DNA of 64,000 nucleotides from Paraspadella gotoi (taxonomy: Eukaryota > Animalia > Chaetognatha), in the NCBI GenBank assembly GCA_051294375.1, contig CM119268.1, forward strand, positions 21,596,010 to 21,660,009, given 5' to 3'. The first letter of the stretch is position 1, and each line of letters opens with the position of its first letter. A model generated the notes under the pieces. It was not told the origin of the DNA. It did no database searches and saw nothing but the letters and a program-made list of their open reading frames with translations. Positions 52,401 through 62,732 of this stretch are shown piece by piece. Position numbers and translations under genes: made by a program.

Positions 52401-55400
52401 TTTTAATCAGTTAAAGGCCTACTTTTGATTGTTTTGAATAACTTACTTACCTTTTACTTTTCAGATTACCCTGAATTCAGAGAAATAGAAAAATGCTTGG
52501 CTGAGGAACTTCTTGGTCTGACTCAAACGGCAATCGGCCTAAGCATTGAAAACAGCCAAATCAAAAAAACGATTGCTTCCTATATGACGAATGACCTTTT
52601 TCAGCTTCAATACAATTTTTTAGGGCATAAATATTCCATTGACGATATCATTAAACGAATACCTCAAATGATACAAGGAATATTACAAGTAGAAAAATGT
52701 TATGTCATTATTTTTAGGTATTCTTACGCAACTACCTTGATTGTTTTACTTTTTAAGCGTCAGAACATTTTGTAAATTCGGTAAATTTGGTTAAAGTTAA
52801 AAGAAGTATACTACATATTGGCATAAAATCACTAATAAATTGAACTATACAATGTACCAGTTGGGTCAGTTCAGTTGAGAGCAATTGCAGTAGTTTGTAA
52901 AAACTTTGTATAGCATTTTGGAGCCATTCAGCTGGAGTGGTAACTGCAAAGCTTAGAAATACATCGACCTAAATTTAAAATTTCAATTATTTTAATCAAG
53001 TCATATTAATTTAAAATTTTTTCATATTGCTTTAAATTATTTATTAAAAATATTTTTAACTTGCATCCAATATATTAATAATGTCATGAGTCCCATCATG
53101 TATTAGGAGTAAATATTATATTATATGAAATATTTATTTTAAGAGTTATAATTTAATCATTAATCTAAATTTTTATCAGGGGCGACAACATGTTAATTCA
53201 CTATACAAAAAAAAATCAAGACACAAACATGCTGAGCTGCCCAATAGTTCGATTTGGACTTTTTTGGACTACGGCCCTTGCAGGAAAATTACTCAACTTG
53301 CATCTCACACTGGAGGAAATTCTTACTCACGGGAATGCTTTTATTTGGAATCATGTAATTAAGGATGACTTGAGTAAAAAATCATACAGGAAGGACCGAT
53401 TTAATTTCTTGATACAGCCTGTGATTGTGGAAGAAAAAATAAATGACAAGTAAAATTTTTATAGTTTAAATATGCACTGAACATTAGGGTGGGCTAAGAT
53501 TGAACTCCTTTTTTTAATATTACATTCTCTCAAATATGTTTTTATTCTACTACTAAGTCGATGTCCATTGTAACTTTTTAAATTAGTACATGGGGTTGTT
53601 ACATTGAAGCTTTTTAATATTTATTAATATACAAGAAATGAATAAAAAAAAATTTTAAAAATTTTATATTTAAGAACAAATTCTGATAAACTTTGAGAGT
53701 CATCACATATAGATTTAGTTAAAAAAGGTATGCAAGTTGAAAAAAATATGCAAGTTGAAAAAGTATGCAAGTTTAAAAAATGATACAAGTTGAAAAAATT
53801 ATGAATGCTAAAAAAAGATGCAAGCTAAAAAAATGATGCAAGCTGAAAAAAGTTGAAAAAATGAAAAAGTTAAAAAATGATGCAAATTTAAAAAAATATT
53901 ATTATTAATGCAGTAAACAGTTCAGTTTAAGCCTTTGAAAGCGATTTACATGTATTGGCGCAGCCACTGGTTTCGTTTATGTTTACTTTTCATTTGTTTC
54001 ATTTTTAAACAGTGAACATGTTTCGACTTTTGATTCAAAAAATTGATTTAGTAGTAGAACAAAATGCAGAAAATTTTAATATAAAAAGTATACAGTTTTG
54101 GCCTGCCTTACTTGGCATCCTTTCCACACGCCAATCTTCTGCAACATCAACACGCTTGACCAACAAAATGAGATGATTCCCCATTCCTCTTGTTAAAATT
54201 AGCTTCCCGATCACTCTTACCTCCCTCAAACATCTTAACACTCTTCTGGTCTAATTTCCTTCTTCTGTCTATTTTCCCTCATCGCTTTAAATAGGAAGGC
54301 CAGCAATGGTAATACTACTAAAACATTCATCCATTTATTCTCATATATAGTCACATAATCATTTGAGGAATAAACAGATAATAGTTATTTTCATGTTCAT
54401 TCTTAGAATTTGCAAATACGTAATATGCAAATGAGTTTTGATCTTGAAACATGTCTAAATTGGGCACTACAGTTTGCTTACAAGCAAGTTTTTTAACTTA
54501 AAAATTGTTTTCCAGTCTATTCAGTGAATCTCGATACTCGATGATACACTCAAATTTTATGCCCATATATGTTCACCAAGTCCACTCAGAATGCCGTAAG
54601 ATAATCTGAATACAGGTGTCCCAATGATACTGTCGGTTAATGATAGCTTATTGCTCCTAGACTAGATAAAAAAAATTGAATTTTTTATCATGTATAAGAT
54701 ACTTAAATTTTAAAAATTTTACCACAATAACTCTTGTAGTTATTACCTAAAGTAATTGGTAAACATTTTTTTACAAAATGTTTAAATGATACATATCTTT
54801 TAATATTTATTATATATTTGAGTAAATGATCTGTTAAATCATTTCATTTCTAAATCATTTCCATATTTGAGTAAATGATCTGTTAAATCATTTCCTTAGA
54901 TACACTTAGATAACTACAAAGCTTTTATAATGAACTAAATGAAGTATTATTTTTTTATAAAATTATATAGTATGGTGGACTAAGATCCACCAACCGTTCA
55001 TCAGCGGCCATTAGAGCCTGAGGCAAGTCATTCGCCTCCCAACCCAAAGGTCCTGGGTTCTAGCCCAGTGGTCGCTTAGCAGTTAAGAGGGACGGGGCGC
55101 TTAACCCGCCTGTAACACGGTGTTACAGCCTGATCAGAAGCTCAGGGACTGCTTATAACTATTATTACTGTCTCTTCAATACTTACCTTTTATACATTGA
55201 TTTTATAACAATTTTATGAATAAATAGATTGATAATTTGGTTCATTTCAATAGCAAATAATAGATATTAATTTTAAAAATAATTCGCAGATTATTAAAAG
55301 AAATTTTTAATAGTTATATTTTTCTTTTTATTAATACACTGATTTCATACAAAATAAAAATTTAATAGAGTTTTATGAATTTAAAACTTTTTATATCATT

Positions 55401-58400
55401 TTCTTAACAAAATAAATTTTAATATATAAAAATTATTCTGAAAGTTAAAAAAGTAAAAACCTAACTCTCTTTTTAAGTTAATATTTTGCAAACAAAAATT
55501 TAAAAAAATTAAATTCAAATTATATTATCATAAATGGTAACATTATCCTTGACATCAAAAAAATTAACAGACAGTACTATTGTGACACAATGTAGGGTTG
55601 AGGAAGTTTTAAGCTTAGATCTATCTTAAATTTTACAGAACTTATGGAAAAAAAAGTGCTATGCCTTGTTGCAGTAGTAAATAAAAAAAACTGGAACAAT
55701 CAATTTGACCATGATGATGAAATCCTCATGGAGAGGGTCGCAAGTACTTTAAGCAGTATCCTTCAAGTATCTAAGTACTATTGTGAAATTCAAAAAAACG
55801 TCCAGCTGTTAGATCTGGCAATGGAGGTCACCGAATACCAGACAACTCCAACAAATGAGGAGATTGAACACTTGTGCTGTAATTTTAGGAGGCACAAGGA
55901 TCTGGCTATGCCTGACCTTGATAGCCCTACAAAATATGAATTAGAACCCCCAAAAAGGATATTACTTGTTGTTCACCTAGTGTTTCATATTTTGAAAAAG
56001 TTTTCCTTCCCATTGGAAAAGATTGTCAACTATACGCTTTCTGTAAGGAAACGAATTTCTAAGGAAAACCCCATGCACAACACCAACCACTGGTTTATTG
56101 TCTCTCACACAGCATATGTTTGGGCCAACACATTTTGTCGAAGATTTACAGACTGGGAGTGTATTTCTTTTTTCTTGGCTGCAAATATGACATCAGTTGG
56201 CCATCGCGGTTTGACCAATTATAGTCTCCATAAGCTTTGTCGCCCTTTGTTGAAACTTTTTCCAGAGTCACCAATTCAAAATCTGGCCTTTGAGATGTGC
56301 AATGGACTGATTGTTGGACCGCATGCGCTGTTTAACAATCTGAAATCGGAAGAAAGTGTAGAATTGTTAAAAAATATCAAACAGATATTTCTTGCAGGGG
56401 ATAATGCTCAATTTTTAAGAAAAAAGCAATTCTATGCAACATTACCGGTTTGTAGTGGGCAAAATATAATTCCTTTATATTATAATCGCAACTTGCTGTA
56501 ATTAAAATTAACAATAATAACAATGATAGAATTAACAATGAAAAATCGGCCTTTTCAATCATCGATGCTCCCTTGCCGTATGACGGAGCAGCGAATCTCT
56601 CTCGCTCTCTCTGGCTGGATGACTTAGAGTCAGGATCGACAATTATGACGACAATAATTTGAACGATGGATTAATTGTTTAGGGTTTCGGTTAGGGATAA
56701 GGTTAGTTTAGAGGATAGATATTAGGGATTAGGGTTGGGATTAGGGTTAGGTATTAGGGTTAGGGAATAGGGTTGGGATTAGGGTCATTTTTCCCCATGC
56801 TACTTTTGCAACAAAAAAATTCTGGCTTGCTGGATGAGAGAAAGAATTAAGCCTCCGTCAGGATCGGGATTGACAGAAACGACGACTATAATTTAAACAA
56901 TGGAGGAAGCAGTTGCGAGAGATGCATAAAACGACGATGAAAGTACCAAAAGATACGATTTTTGTGCATGTGTGTGAGTCCGCTGCTTCAGGAGCCGCAG
57001 CAAGGGGGCTTCTTTGAAACAAGTTTGAGTAAACAATGTCGGATCTGCTCATAATCATTATCATTAATTAATAATTAAATTATTCAAGTTAATTAATTAA
57101 TTAGGCAATTAATTAATTAATTTGATCCCAAATGTTTGTTTTTAGGTCTTTTCCTCACTAACCATGACAAAAGCAATGACGACGATGAGAATAATGCCGA
57201 TAACGATTAACTTGATTGATTGACTGATTAATTAATTATTGATTAATTAATTGACTAATTAATACATCCTGCAATATAAAAGGAAAAAGAAGCATAATAA
57301 ATGCTAAGGTGGGATGGACAGACAATTTTTTTTTTTTTTTTTGCTTACTCTATCATAATTCGATATTTTGACATGATATAAGTGTGTGCCCGACAATATT
57401 AAGGGGGCGAATCGACGAACCGACAAAGTGAATTATAGAGTCTAAAATTATAGAGACTAAAAAAGTGCCGAAAAATCTTTCAAAGTACAGTGGGAAACAA
57501 TTTTATGACAGTTATAAACATTTAAAATTTATATTTTATGTTGTAAAAGAATTGTGGATTTTAGCATTTTGAAAAATATTTTTAACAAATTTAAATTTAA
57601 ATACTAATAAATTAAAATTAAAGTAAAAAGCGTAGGGACATAAAAGAATTAAAATTAAATTAAAAGTAAAAAAGCTCAAAGCGTCTGAATTAATTCAGTT
57701 CTATTATCTAGTGTTATTTTGGGGAGGCTCACCAATTTTTAGCGAGTATTCGCAACTGTATAAGTCACTTTTCGGCCGGTCTGTTGGTCGTTAGGTCTGT
57801 CTGTCGGTCTGTTCCACTTACATAGAATTCGCTTAAATCTTGCCTATAGTTCGTTACTCATCTTTTAAAACAGGAAAAAACCTTTTGCTTTTAAAGAAAA
57901 CTTATAAACTACACTGCGGCGCCAAAAAAAGAAGACACTTCTTTCACTCCGAAAAAACTATATTGGATGGATGAATTTTAATGAGATATAAAAACATAAA
58001 ATAAAGCTTATTTAAAGATAAAGCGATTGGTTCAGGCCCCATTAAAATCTATCAAAGCGTCAGAAAGTTATAGGACGTCAAAATCGATTGGTACAAATCA
58101 TCTGACGAGAATAAATTAATATTAATCAAGAAGAGTCTCTGACTTTTTATTATTATAATATATTTATAATATAAAATTAGCTGAACAAATTCAGCATCAA
58201 ATATCTGTAGGGATAGGTGTTAACCATTTTCAACCTAAATAAAAGTAAAATAAGTAAGGAAACTATATAGAGAAACAATCTTTTAAAAATAAATAAAAAG
58301 CAGTTGAGTGATAACTTACCCAAGGTTAATTTAATAGCTTTTTCACATCAAAGTTTTTTTTCTTATGGCATCTCGTGTTAAAGCAGACTAATATAAACTC

Positions 58401-61400
58401 TTACAATTATTAGGAAGCCGCTATAGAAAAAGAATCCAGTAACTTTTTTCTTATATTTTTATATCGATAGATGTGGAATGACGGGAATATTGTAAATCTC
58501 AAGTTTTGCTTTAATCGGACCTCACATTGTGGAGAAATCTTAGGAAACCCATCAAAATTCCACCCCTTTTTTTCAACATTCTCGCCTTTTAAGATTTTCG
58601 CCGATTCTGACTTCCTCTTACAAACTTATAATTCTGCGAGTTAATTTTTTTTTCTTAAGAAAAAGGGTCATACAATTCAACTTCAAAATAGGCGAAAATG
58701 GAGTACAAATTCAGAAAGCTGAGCTCCTGGCGATTCCGAAAATGTATTCACTTTAAACATTTGATGCATTCTACCCCATTTTATATCGGTTTTAATTATA
58801 ATTAAAAATAAAAGAAACCTATCTGAAGAGTTGCAGGTCAACGAAAAGACCAATCCATCTGATATTTTTATATGAATTTTTTATTACTGAATTTGAAAAA
58901 TGTAATAGAGAAACATTTTTAAATTTCAACTTGTATCCTTGAAAATGAAACATTTTGAAACTTTAACCCTGAATTCTTTCTAACTGGAATGCGTTTATCA
59001 AAATGTCTCTCTATTACATTTTTACAAATGTTTTTAAGATTGCTAATCAAATTTTTAATTCAATATTATTGCAGTCGTTTAGGCTGCAACTCTTCAAATT
59101 CAGTGTAGATTCATTGTAGCTCGAATTCTTTACCATCTATTTAACTGAGTTTGACACTCCCCTGTAAGGAGGTTTCAGCATAAGTAATTCTAAAATTGTA
59201 TCTTGTATGTGCCCTATGATTATGGCTTCATTTTGGTACTATTGCCATCCCTTTATCTTTATTCCTTCAAAAGATATTAGGAAAAATCAGTTTTTTTCTC
59301 CACCTTCCTTTTAATTTCTTTTTAAATAAAAATTTCGCGATTCAAACCAGACTATTTCATTTAAACCTGATCATTTTATGTCAAAATCATTTATAAATTA
59401 AAAAAGAAAAGTAGGACAAGCTCTTCAGACACAAAGCTATCAGAATCACGAAATTCGAAGTCGCTCATGTAACAGGAACATATAGCAATCCCATTTGCAA
59501 TTTTAAGTTTGTAAACTTTCCTTTTCATTTCTATAGTAAAAATGAGGTTTGATAATGCTCTGGAGATGAGTATTGCATTTCCCCTGGCTTGTTTGATATT
59601 AAATCCTTTATCAAATGCCATAAAACAAATAGGACAAGCTCTTAAGATGTAACGCTCTCGGAATCGTGCGTTTTTACAAGTGTTTTCTAACCAAATTTCT
59701 GGCAAACGCGTTTGCAATTTGTGTAGTCAGATTTGAATGGAATTCTCTATTAGAAAAATGTTGAATTTTTTTTATATTAAAATTATTTTTTTAATTTTTA
59801 GTCGGATCTGCTTATCAGAAGATCCCGACTCTATAATTCAATTTGTCGGTCCATCGGTCCGTCCCCAAAATCATGTCGGGCATTCACTTATATCATATCA
59901 GAACATCGAATTATGATAAATTATACAAAAAAACGATATTCGTCTGTCTGTCTGTCTGTCCATCTGTCTGTCCATTTGTCCGTCCCTCCTTAACAAAAAA
60001 CACCAATTACTCGTGATTGGATGGATGGATTGGAATGAAATTTTGTATGTGGTTAGGGAAGTGATTGATTGAGCTGGATATGAAGCATGGATGGAATTGT
60101 CCGAGTGGAAATGAGTTTAAATGAAAAAAACAAAAAAATATATTTCATTATTTGAACACCAATTACTCATGAGTGGATGAGGCAATTGACCTTAAATTTT
60201 GGCAGCAATTAAAAAATATTTTTATGAAAAAGTAATACAAATTTATTGCCAACCCTTTTATATGTTTAATTCCATTATGATTTTGTTTAATTCTATATTA
60301 TAAACATCAGTCAGAAAAAAGTGTTAACAATACTAACCTTTAGAAATCACTTTTTCCCAATTCCATTTTGAGACTCTGACTTTAAAAACTTTAAAAACTT
60401 CCAGAACCAATTCAAATTTTTCTTGCACCGATCGATAGCTCTTTAAAAGAGCTATACTTTTAATATATATTTTCTCAAAATTAAAAAAGAAATAGTGGTG
60501 TATTTAAAGCTACCTAGTGTCTTCTTTTTTTTGCACCGCAGTGTATAAGGAATAAAAGACGTGATTACGATGCAGAACGTGTCGTATATACACAGAAATA
60601 CAAGGGATAAGAAAATAGAAATAAAAGTAATGCGGCGCAAAACTTGGGAATAACCAATTCCATTTTTACCAGAAAATTATGGACTGGAGTAAGGAGAATC
60701 ATCGATTAGCTCTCCTTGAAATTTTTTTATTTCTTGCAAAAAGAGAATTTCTTCTAAGGGATACGCATGTGATGTTGCACATTTTTGTCAGCAATGTTAT
60801 GGTAGAGTATACCAATGAAGGTAAATATAAATACTGATGCTTTAACAGAAACTCTTTTTTCCTTCAAAGTCTTTCAAAGACGATCAAAAAAAAAGAATCA
60901 CCATGACCCCTTACATACCTTACAACCACAACCGCCACAACAATTACCCCAGTACAATAGCCACAACAAACATATTGACCACAAGAACCACAGACCACAT
61001 CTACTATAGTTGTCGTAGCTACTACAAGACTAACCATTTTTTCTATTATTTACTTGTTATAATTAAAACGATAATTCAGCGGTAAGCAGCTAACCAGATG
61101 ATAAGTCATGAGTCTTTTAATTTGTGATCATCACATATTACAACAAATCATAATATTATGAATAGATGAACATAATGAACATAATGAATGGATAATTTTT
61201 AAATTGTTTGTACCAATTTCATAAAACTAAAATTAATAGTATTGCCAAAAAGTCATTTTTAAAAGAAATTCATAAAAAAATTCATTTCAAGATTTTTTTT
61301 CACGATCAACTCTTCCCTCTGGTCACTTCCCGATCATCACTTCCCGTTCATCACTTCCAAATCTTCACTTCCCGATCATCACTTCCAAATCTTTACTTCC

Positions 61401-62732
61401 CGATCATCATTTCCAAATCTTCACTTCCCGATCATCACTTCCAAATCTTCACTCCTGATCATCACTTCCAAATCTTCACTTCCCGATCATCACTTCCAAA
61501 TTTTCACTTTCTCGATCATCACTTTCCAAATCTTCACTTCCCGATCATCACTTCCAAATCTTCCACTTCCCGATATCACTTCCAATCTTCACTTCTCCAA
61601 TCATCACTTTCCAAATCTTCACTTCCCGATCATCACTTCCAAATCTTCACTTCCCGATCATCACTTCCAAATTTTCACTTTGTGATTGTTGATTCCCAAT
61701 TATTAAAGCGACGTTACCTAAGGATTGATCGATGCAATCATTTAAGTAAGTAGACAGAGGCGTGGTGGCGGTGATCAAAGCTTGTTTCTTCTTTTTGGAG
61801 TCGTGGTTTGTCGATTCCAATCCTGTCACCACATTTAAGTAAGTAGACAGAGATTTCAAAATGAAACCAAAGTGGATTTTATTCTTTTAAAAGTCACAAG
61901 CAAAGACGGTGTCAGAATTTGAGACAGATTGAATCAATACAAAATGGTCAGGTATTTATACTGTACTGTACTGTACTGTACAATACTTATTCGATTCCAT
62001 TTTTGGTTCCGATTCCATCTGCGATGCAATGAAAACGATTTATTGATGCGATAATAGTGGATACAATAATAATAATAATAATAATAGGTTGATAATCAAT
62101 CATTAATCAATGAAACAATGATGTCAGACAAAAAAATTCATAAATAAATAGAAAGAGATAGAACATAATATTCACTAGATATTTTGGTTTTCTAATTTAA
62201 ACTCATTTTCTACAGCTAGGATTCCATATAAACTTTATATCCAGCTCAATCACTTACTTTCCACCTCTCACACAAAATATCATTTCAATTCATCCATCCG
62301 ATCACGAGTAATTGGAGTTTAATGCTAAGGGGAGACGGACGGACGGACATATTTTTTTTGCATAATTTATCATAATTTGATGTTCTTATATGATGATAAA
62401 TGATTTACTGACAAGATTTTGGGGTGGGACCGACGGACCGACAAAGTGAACTATAGAGTCGACTAAAAAATATTATGAGATTTATCGTAACTCATCCGAT
62501 TAGATGATAATATCTAAATTACAGATCCGACCTTGTTAGCATAAACTTGTTTTCTTTAAGGTCAGGAATTGATGGAGAATGGATTTGAAATACCTGATTT
62601 CCTTAATGTAGCAGAGTGTAGGAAATGGCCAGAATTGTGGATGCAAACTATAGAACAATTCTCATTGTTTGCAACAAGAATTCTTGCTTCTATTATTCCA
62701 GAAACAGAAATATTATATCAAGTGGTCCTCCG
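28131..62732 (+). CDS. Spliced PDE10-like GAF-GAF-phosphodiesterase gene with a degenerate active site (paralog 2). Exons: 28131-28234, 46698-46853, 47616-47673, 49615-49717, ~49769/49918-49959, 51555-51655, 51764-51866, 52465-52717, 53180-53449, 54516-54595, 55639-56447, 60673-60820, 62561-62732; terminal exon not found
   Basis: AG/GT-bounded open exons with compatible phases throughout from 51555 onward. Translations follow PDE10A order: PAYVARIK..NFPC/GVGD..SCLCLPFV..GIFELLR (GAF-A), MPIYV..VNK..QFDHDDE (GAF-B), PMHNTNH..HRG..HR..EYTNEG..P..ILASIIPETE (catalytic domain). The phase around 49717-49918 is unresolved. Confidence 0.85.
28363..33238 (+). mobile_element. Degenerate Ty3/Gypsy-like LTR retrotransposon in the putative first intron
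   Basis: Integrase Zn-finger remnant AEKVHHDYGHCNYNTVF (~29775-29830) after an RNase H-like tail. Polypurine tract GGGGGGGAGA (32432-32441) precedes TGTTAGTAAT.., whose first 38 bp recur at 28363-28400. The right end (..TAACA) is tentative. Confidence 0.6.
29180..29370. repeat. ~27-30-bp tandem repeat (AAAGGTCAAAGGTTG(TTG)CGAGAGGTATTC) x5, then a TAATTG tract; copy at ~38830-39010
   Basis: Read directly. Confidence 0.85.
38200..41603 (+). mobile_element. Second, indel-rich copy of the Gypsy-like internal region
   Basis: Largely colinear with ~28560-32210. ORF 39582-39812 (VLHVDLL..KYIFFTVE) resembles the start of an integrase core. Confidence 0.7.
42781..42828 (-). other. 3' half of a tRNA-Leu-like sequence; probable primer-binding site of an LTR element remnant (~42430-43200)
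   Basis: Minus strand ggtctctctggaaggccgtgggttcgaatcccaccactgcca. On the plus strand it reads TG(C)GGTGGCAGTGG and is followed by GC-richer sequence. Confidence 0.55.
45847..46627 (+). mobile_element. Same HINE-like family, full length
   Basis: Colinear with 19311-20107. Confidence 0.75.
46698..46853 (+). CDS. N-terminal exon of paralog 2 (LDSESRKFPLSIRLLQFFSHRHPKLFNKAIKETDNWVVDESTSPRDMLLIK)
   Basis: Polypyrimidine+AAG acceptor, 51 open codons, AG|GT donor. LLQFFSHRHPKLF loosely resembles the PDE10 N-terminal YLSLHPQVL segment. Confidence 0.6.
46983..47021 (-). ncRNA. Minimal hammerhead ribozyme variant in an intron
   Basis: Minus strand cg-CTGATGA-A-GGCTT-gaataaa-AAGCC-GAAA-aat-GTA-cg, with one mismatch in stem III. 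Confidence 0.7.
47616..47673 (+). CDS. Small exon of paralog 2 (SPSNEYINNEALQILIDLQ)
   Basis: TTTTTAG acceptor, CAG|GTTTGT donor, phase 2 to 0, consistent with the preceding exon. Confidence 0.55.
48830..49322. repeat. 27-bp minisatellite (CTAAATGGAGGCCTTAATCTACCTGAA), about 18 copies
   Basis: Head-to-tail, near-identical units with no spacers. Confidence 0.95.
49615..49959 (+). CDS. Two probable exons (49615-49717 and 49769- or 49918-49959) leading into GAF-A
   Basis: Open frames KKNSNPNHKEMDLLKFLSIQLIKE.. ending G|GTGAGT and ..FFNGFAKMLKRLIHID..KKFHE ending G|GTTTGT (phase 1, fits 51555). Joining the two needs the 49918 acceptor or a 1-nt error. Confidence 0.45.
50084..51280. mobile_element. 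Same hAT-type MITE in opposite orientation, carrying a nested insertion (a partial third copy lies at ~44570-44852)
   Basis: TIRs TAAAGCGTAGT/ACTACGCTCTA and 8-bp TSD TTGTGCAG (50076-50083, 51281-51288). Confidence 0.85.
50229..50813. mobile_element. TA-inserting (Tc1/mariner-type) MITE with long TIRs
   Basis: ~120-bp imperfect TIRs (tgtaaagagaggtcgtacgcgtgcaatac..) with TA on both sides. The uninterrupted copy of the host MITE has a single TA at this position. Confidence 0.8.
51555..51655 (+). CDS. GAF-A exon (IDSTKSGLLPAYVARIKRPAIQYRWWKNQNFPC)
   Basis: TAG acceptor, GTAAGT donor. AYVAR..FP matches PDE10 GAF-A AYVAK..DERFP. Confidence 0.85.
51764..51866 (+). CDS. GAF-A exon (GVGDIILPNSTSCLCLPFVKGTETFGIFELLRFE)
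   Basis: AAG acceptor, phase 0 to 1. Matches PDE10 SVLCLPIV..LIGILELYR. Confidence 0.9.
52465..52717 (+). CDS. GAF-A end, linker and GAF-B start exon (DYPEFREIEKCLAEELL..QVEKCYVIIFR)
   Basis: TTTTCAG acceptor, AG|GTATT donor. Lies within ORF 52425-52775; IDDIIKRI..ILQVEKC resembles PDE10 IDSLLEHI..LVNADRC. Confidence 0.88.
53180..53449 (+). CDS. GAF-B exon (GDNMLIHYTKK..VEEKIND)
   Basis: TTTATCAG acceptor, AA|GTAAAA donor, phases 2/2 fit the neighbours. Coincides with ORF 53190-53453. Confidence 0.8.
53720..53895. repeat. Degenerate ~17-bp tandem repeat (AAAAAATGATGCAAGTTG)
   Basis: Read directly. Confidence 0.75.
54516..54595 (+). CDS. GAF-B exon (LFSESRYSMIHSNFMPIYVHQVHSEC)
   Basis: TTTTCCAG acceptor, C|GTAAG donor. 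Supplies the phase 2-to-1 change needed between the flanking exons; RYSMIHSNFMPI resembles GYTTRNILCMPI. Confidence 0.82.
55639..56447 (+). CDS. Large exon: end of GAF-B plus N-terminal half of the class I PDE catalytic domain
   Basis: Within ORF 55644-56501: VNK..F..DE GAF motif, SVRKRISKENPMHNTNH, FTDWE, GHRGLTN, PLLKLFPES. CCG|GTTTGT phase-0 donor lies before the in-frame stop. Confidence 0.92.
56546..56856 (+). mobile_element. Dispersed repeat with a degenerate (TTAGGG)-like tract; inverted copy at ~45205-45500
   Basis: Near-complete reverse-complement match between the two loci. Confidence 0.65.
59800..60200 (+). mobile_element. Same HINE-like family, partial. Other partial copies at ~4144-4255, ~4281-4800, ~24410-24670, ~27380-27785, ~57019-57442, ~62090-62464
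   Basis: Shared agtcggatctgc..actctataattcactttgtcggtc..caattactcgtgattggatgg blocks. Confidence 0.7.
60673..60820 (+). CDS. PDE catalytic-domain exon of paralog 2 (KIMDWSKENHRLALLEIFLFLAKREFLLRDTHVMLHIFVSNVMVEYTNE)
   Basis: CAG acceptor, G|GTAAAT donor. Aligns with PDE10 N..HRDRVIGLMMTACDL..EFWAEG and is conserved in paralog 1. Confidence 0.9.
61322..61680. repeat. 28-bp minisatellite built from two related 14-mers (CTTCCCGATCATCA/CTTCCAAATCTTCA), about 12 copies
   Basis: Read directly; accounts for the repetitive ORF 61208-61753. Confidence 0.93.
61760..61831 (+). pseudogene. Degenerate tRNA-Leu-like retroposed insert
   Basis: Ends ..ggagtcgtggtttgtcgattccaatcctgtcaCCA and is flanked by a perfect 21-bp direct repeat CATTTAAGTAAGTAGACAGAG. 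Confidence 0.5.
62561..62732 (+). CDS. PDE catalytic-domain exon of paralog 2 (QELMENGFEIPDFLNVAECRKWPELWMQTIEQFSLFATRILASIIPETEILYQVVLR)
   Basis: AAG acceptor, CG|GTTAAGT donor. Aligns with PDE10 DEMKKLG..VPQGQLGF..LTQILPPTEPL. Confidence 0.9.

Noticed and set aside
54010-54330. Another hammerhead/PLE 3' end on the minus strand
   Set aside because: Only the gtcGAAACATGT half remains and CTGATGA is missing; too degraded to call.
55644-56501. Stand-alone single-exon 285-aa gene with a truncated PDE domain
   Set aside because: It is an internal exon: acceptor at 55638, phase-0 donor at 56448, and the rest of the domain is at 60673 and 62561.
56680-56785. Interstitial telomere (also ~18940-19090, ~21356-21420, ~45285-45360)
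   Set aside because: Highly degenerate TTAGGG-like tracts; the 56680 and 45285 tracts are embedded in the same dispersed repeat with shared flanks.
61208-61753. 181-aa repetitive ORF
   Set aside because: Translation of the 28-bp minisatellite inside an intron.
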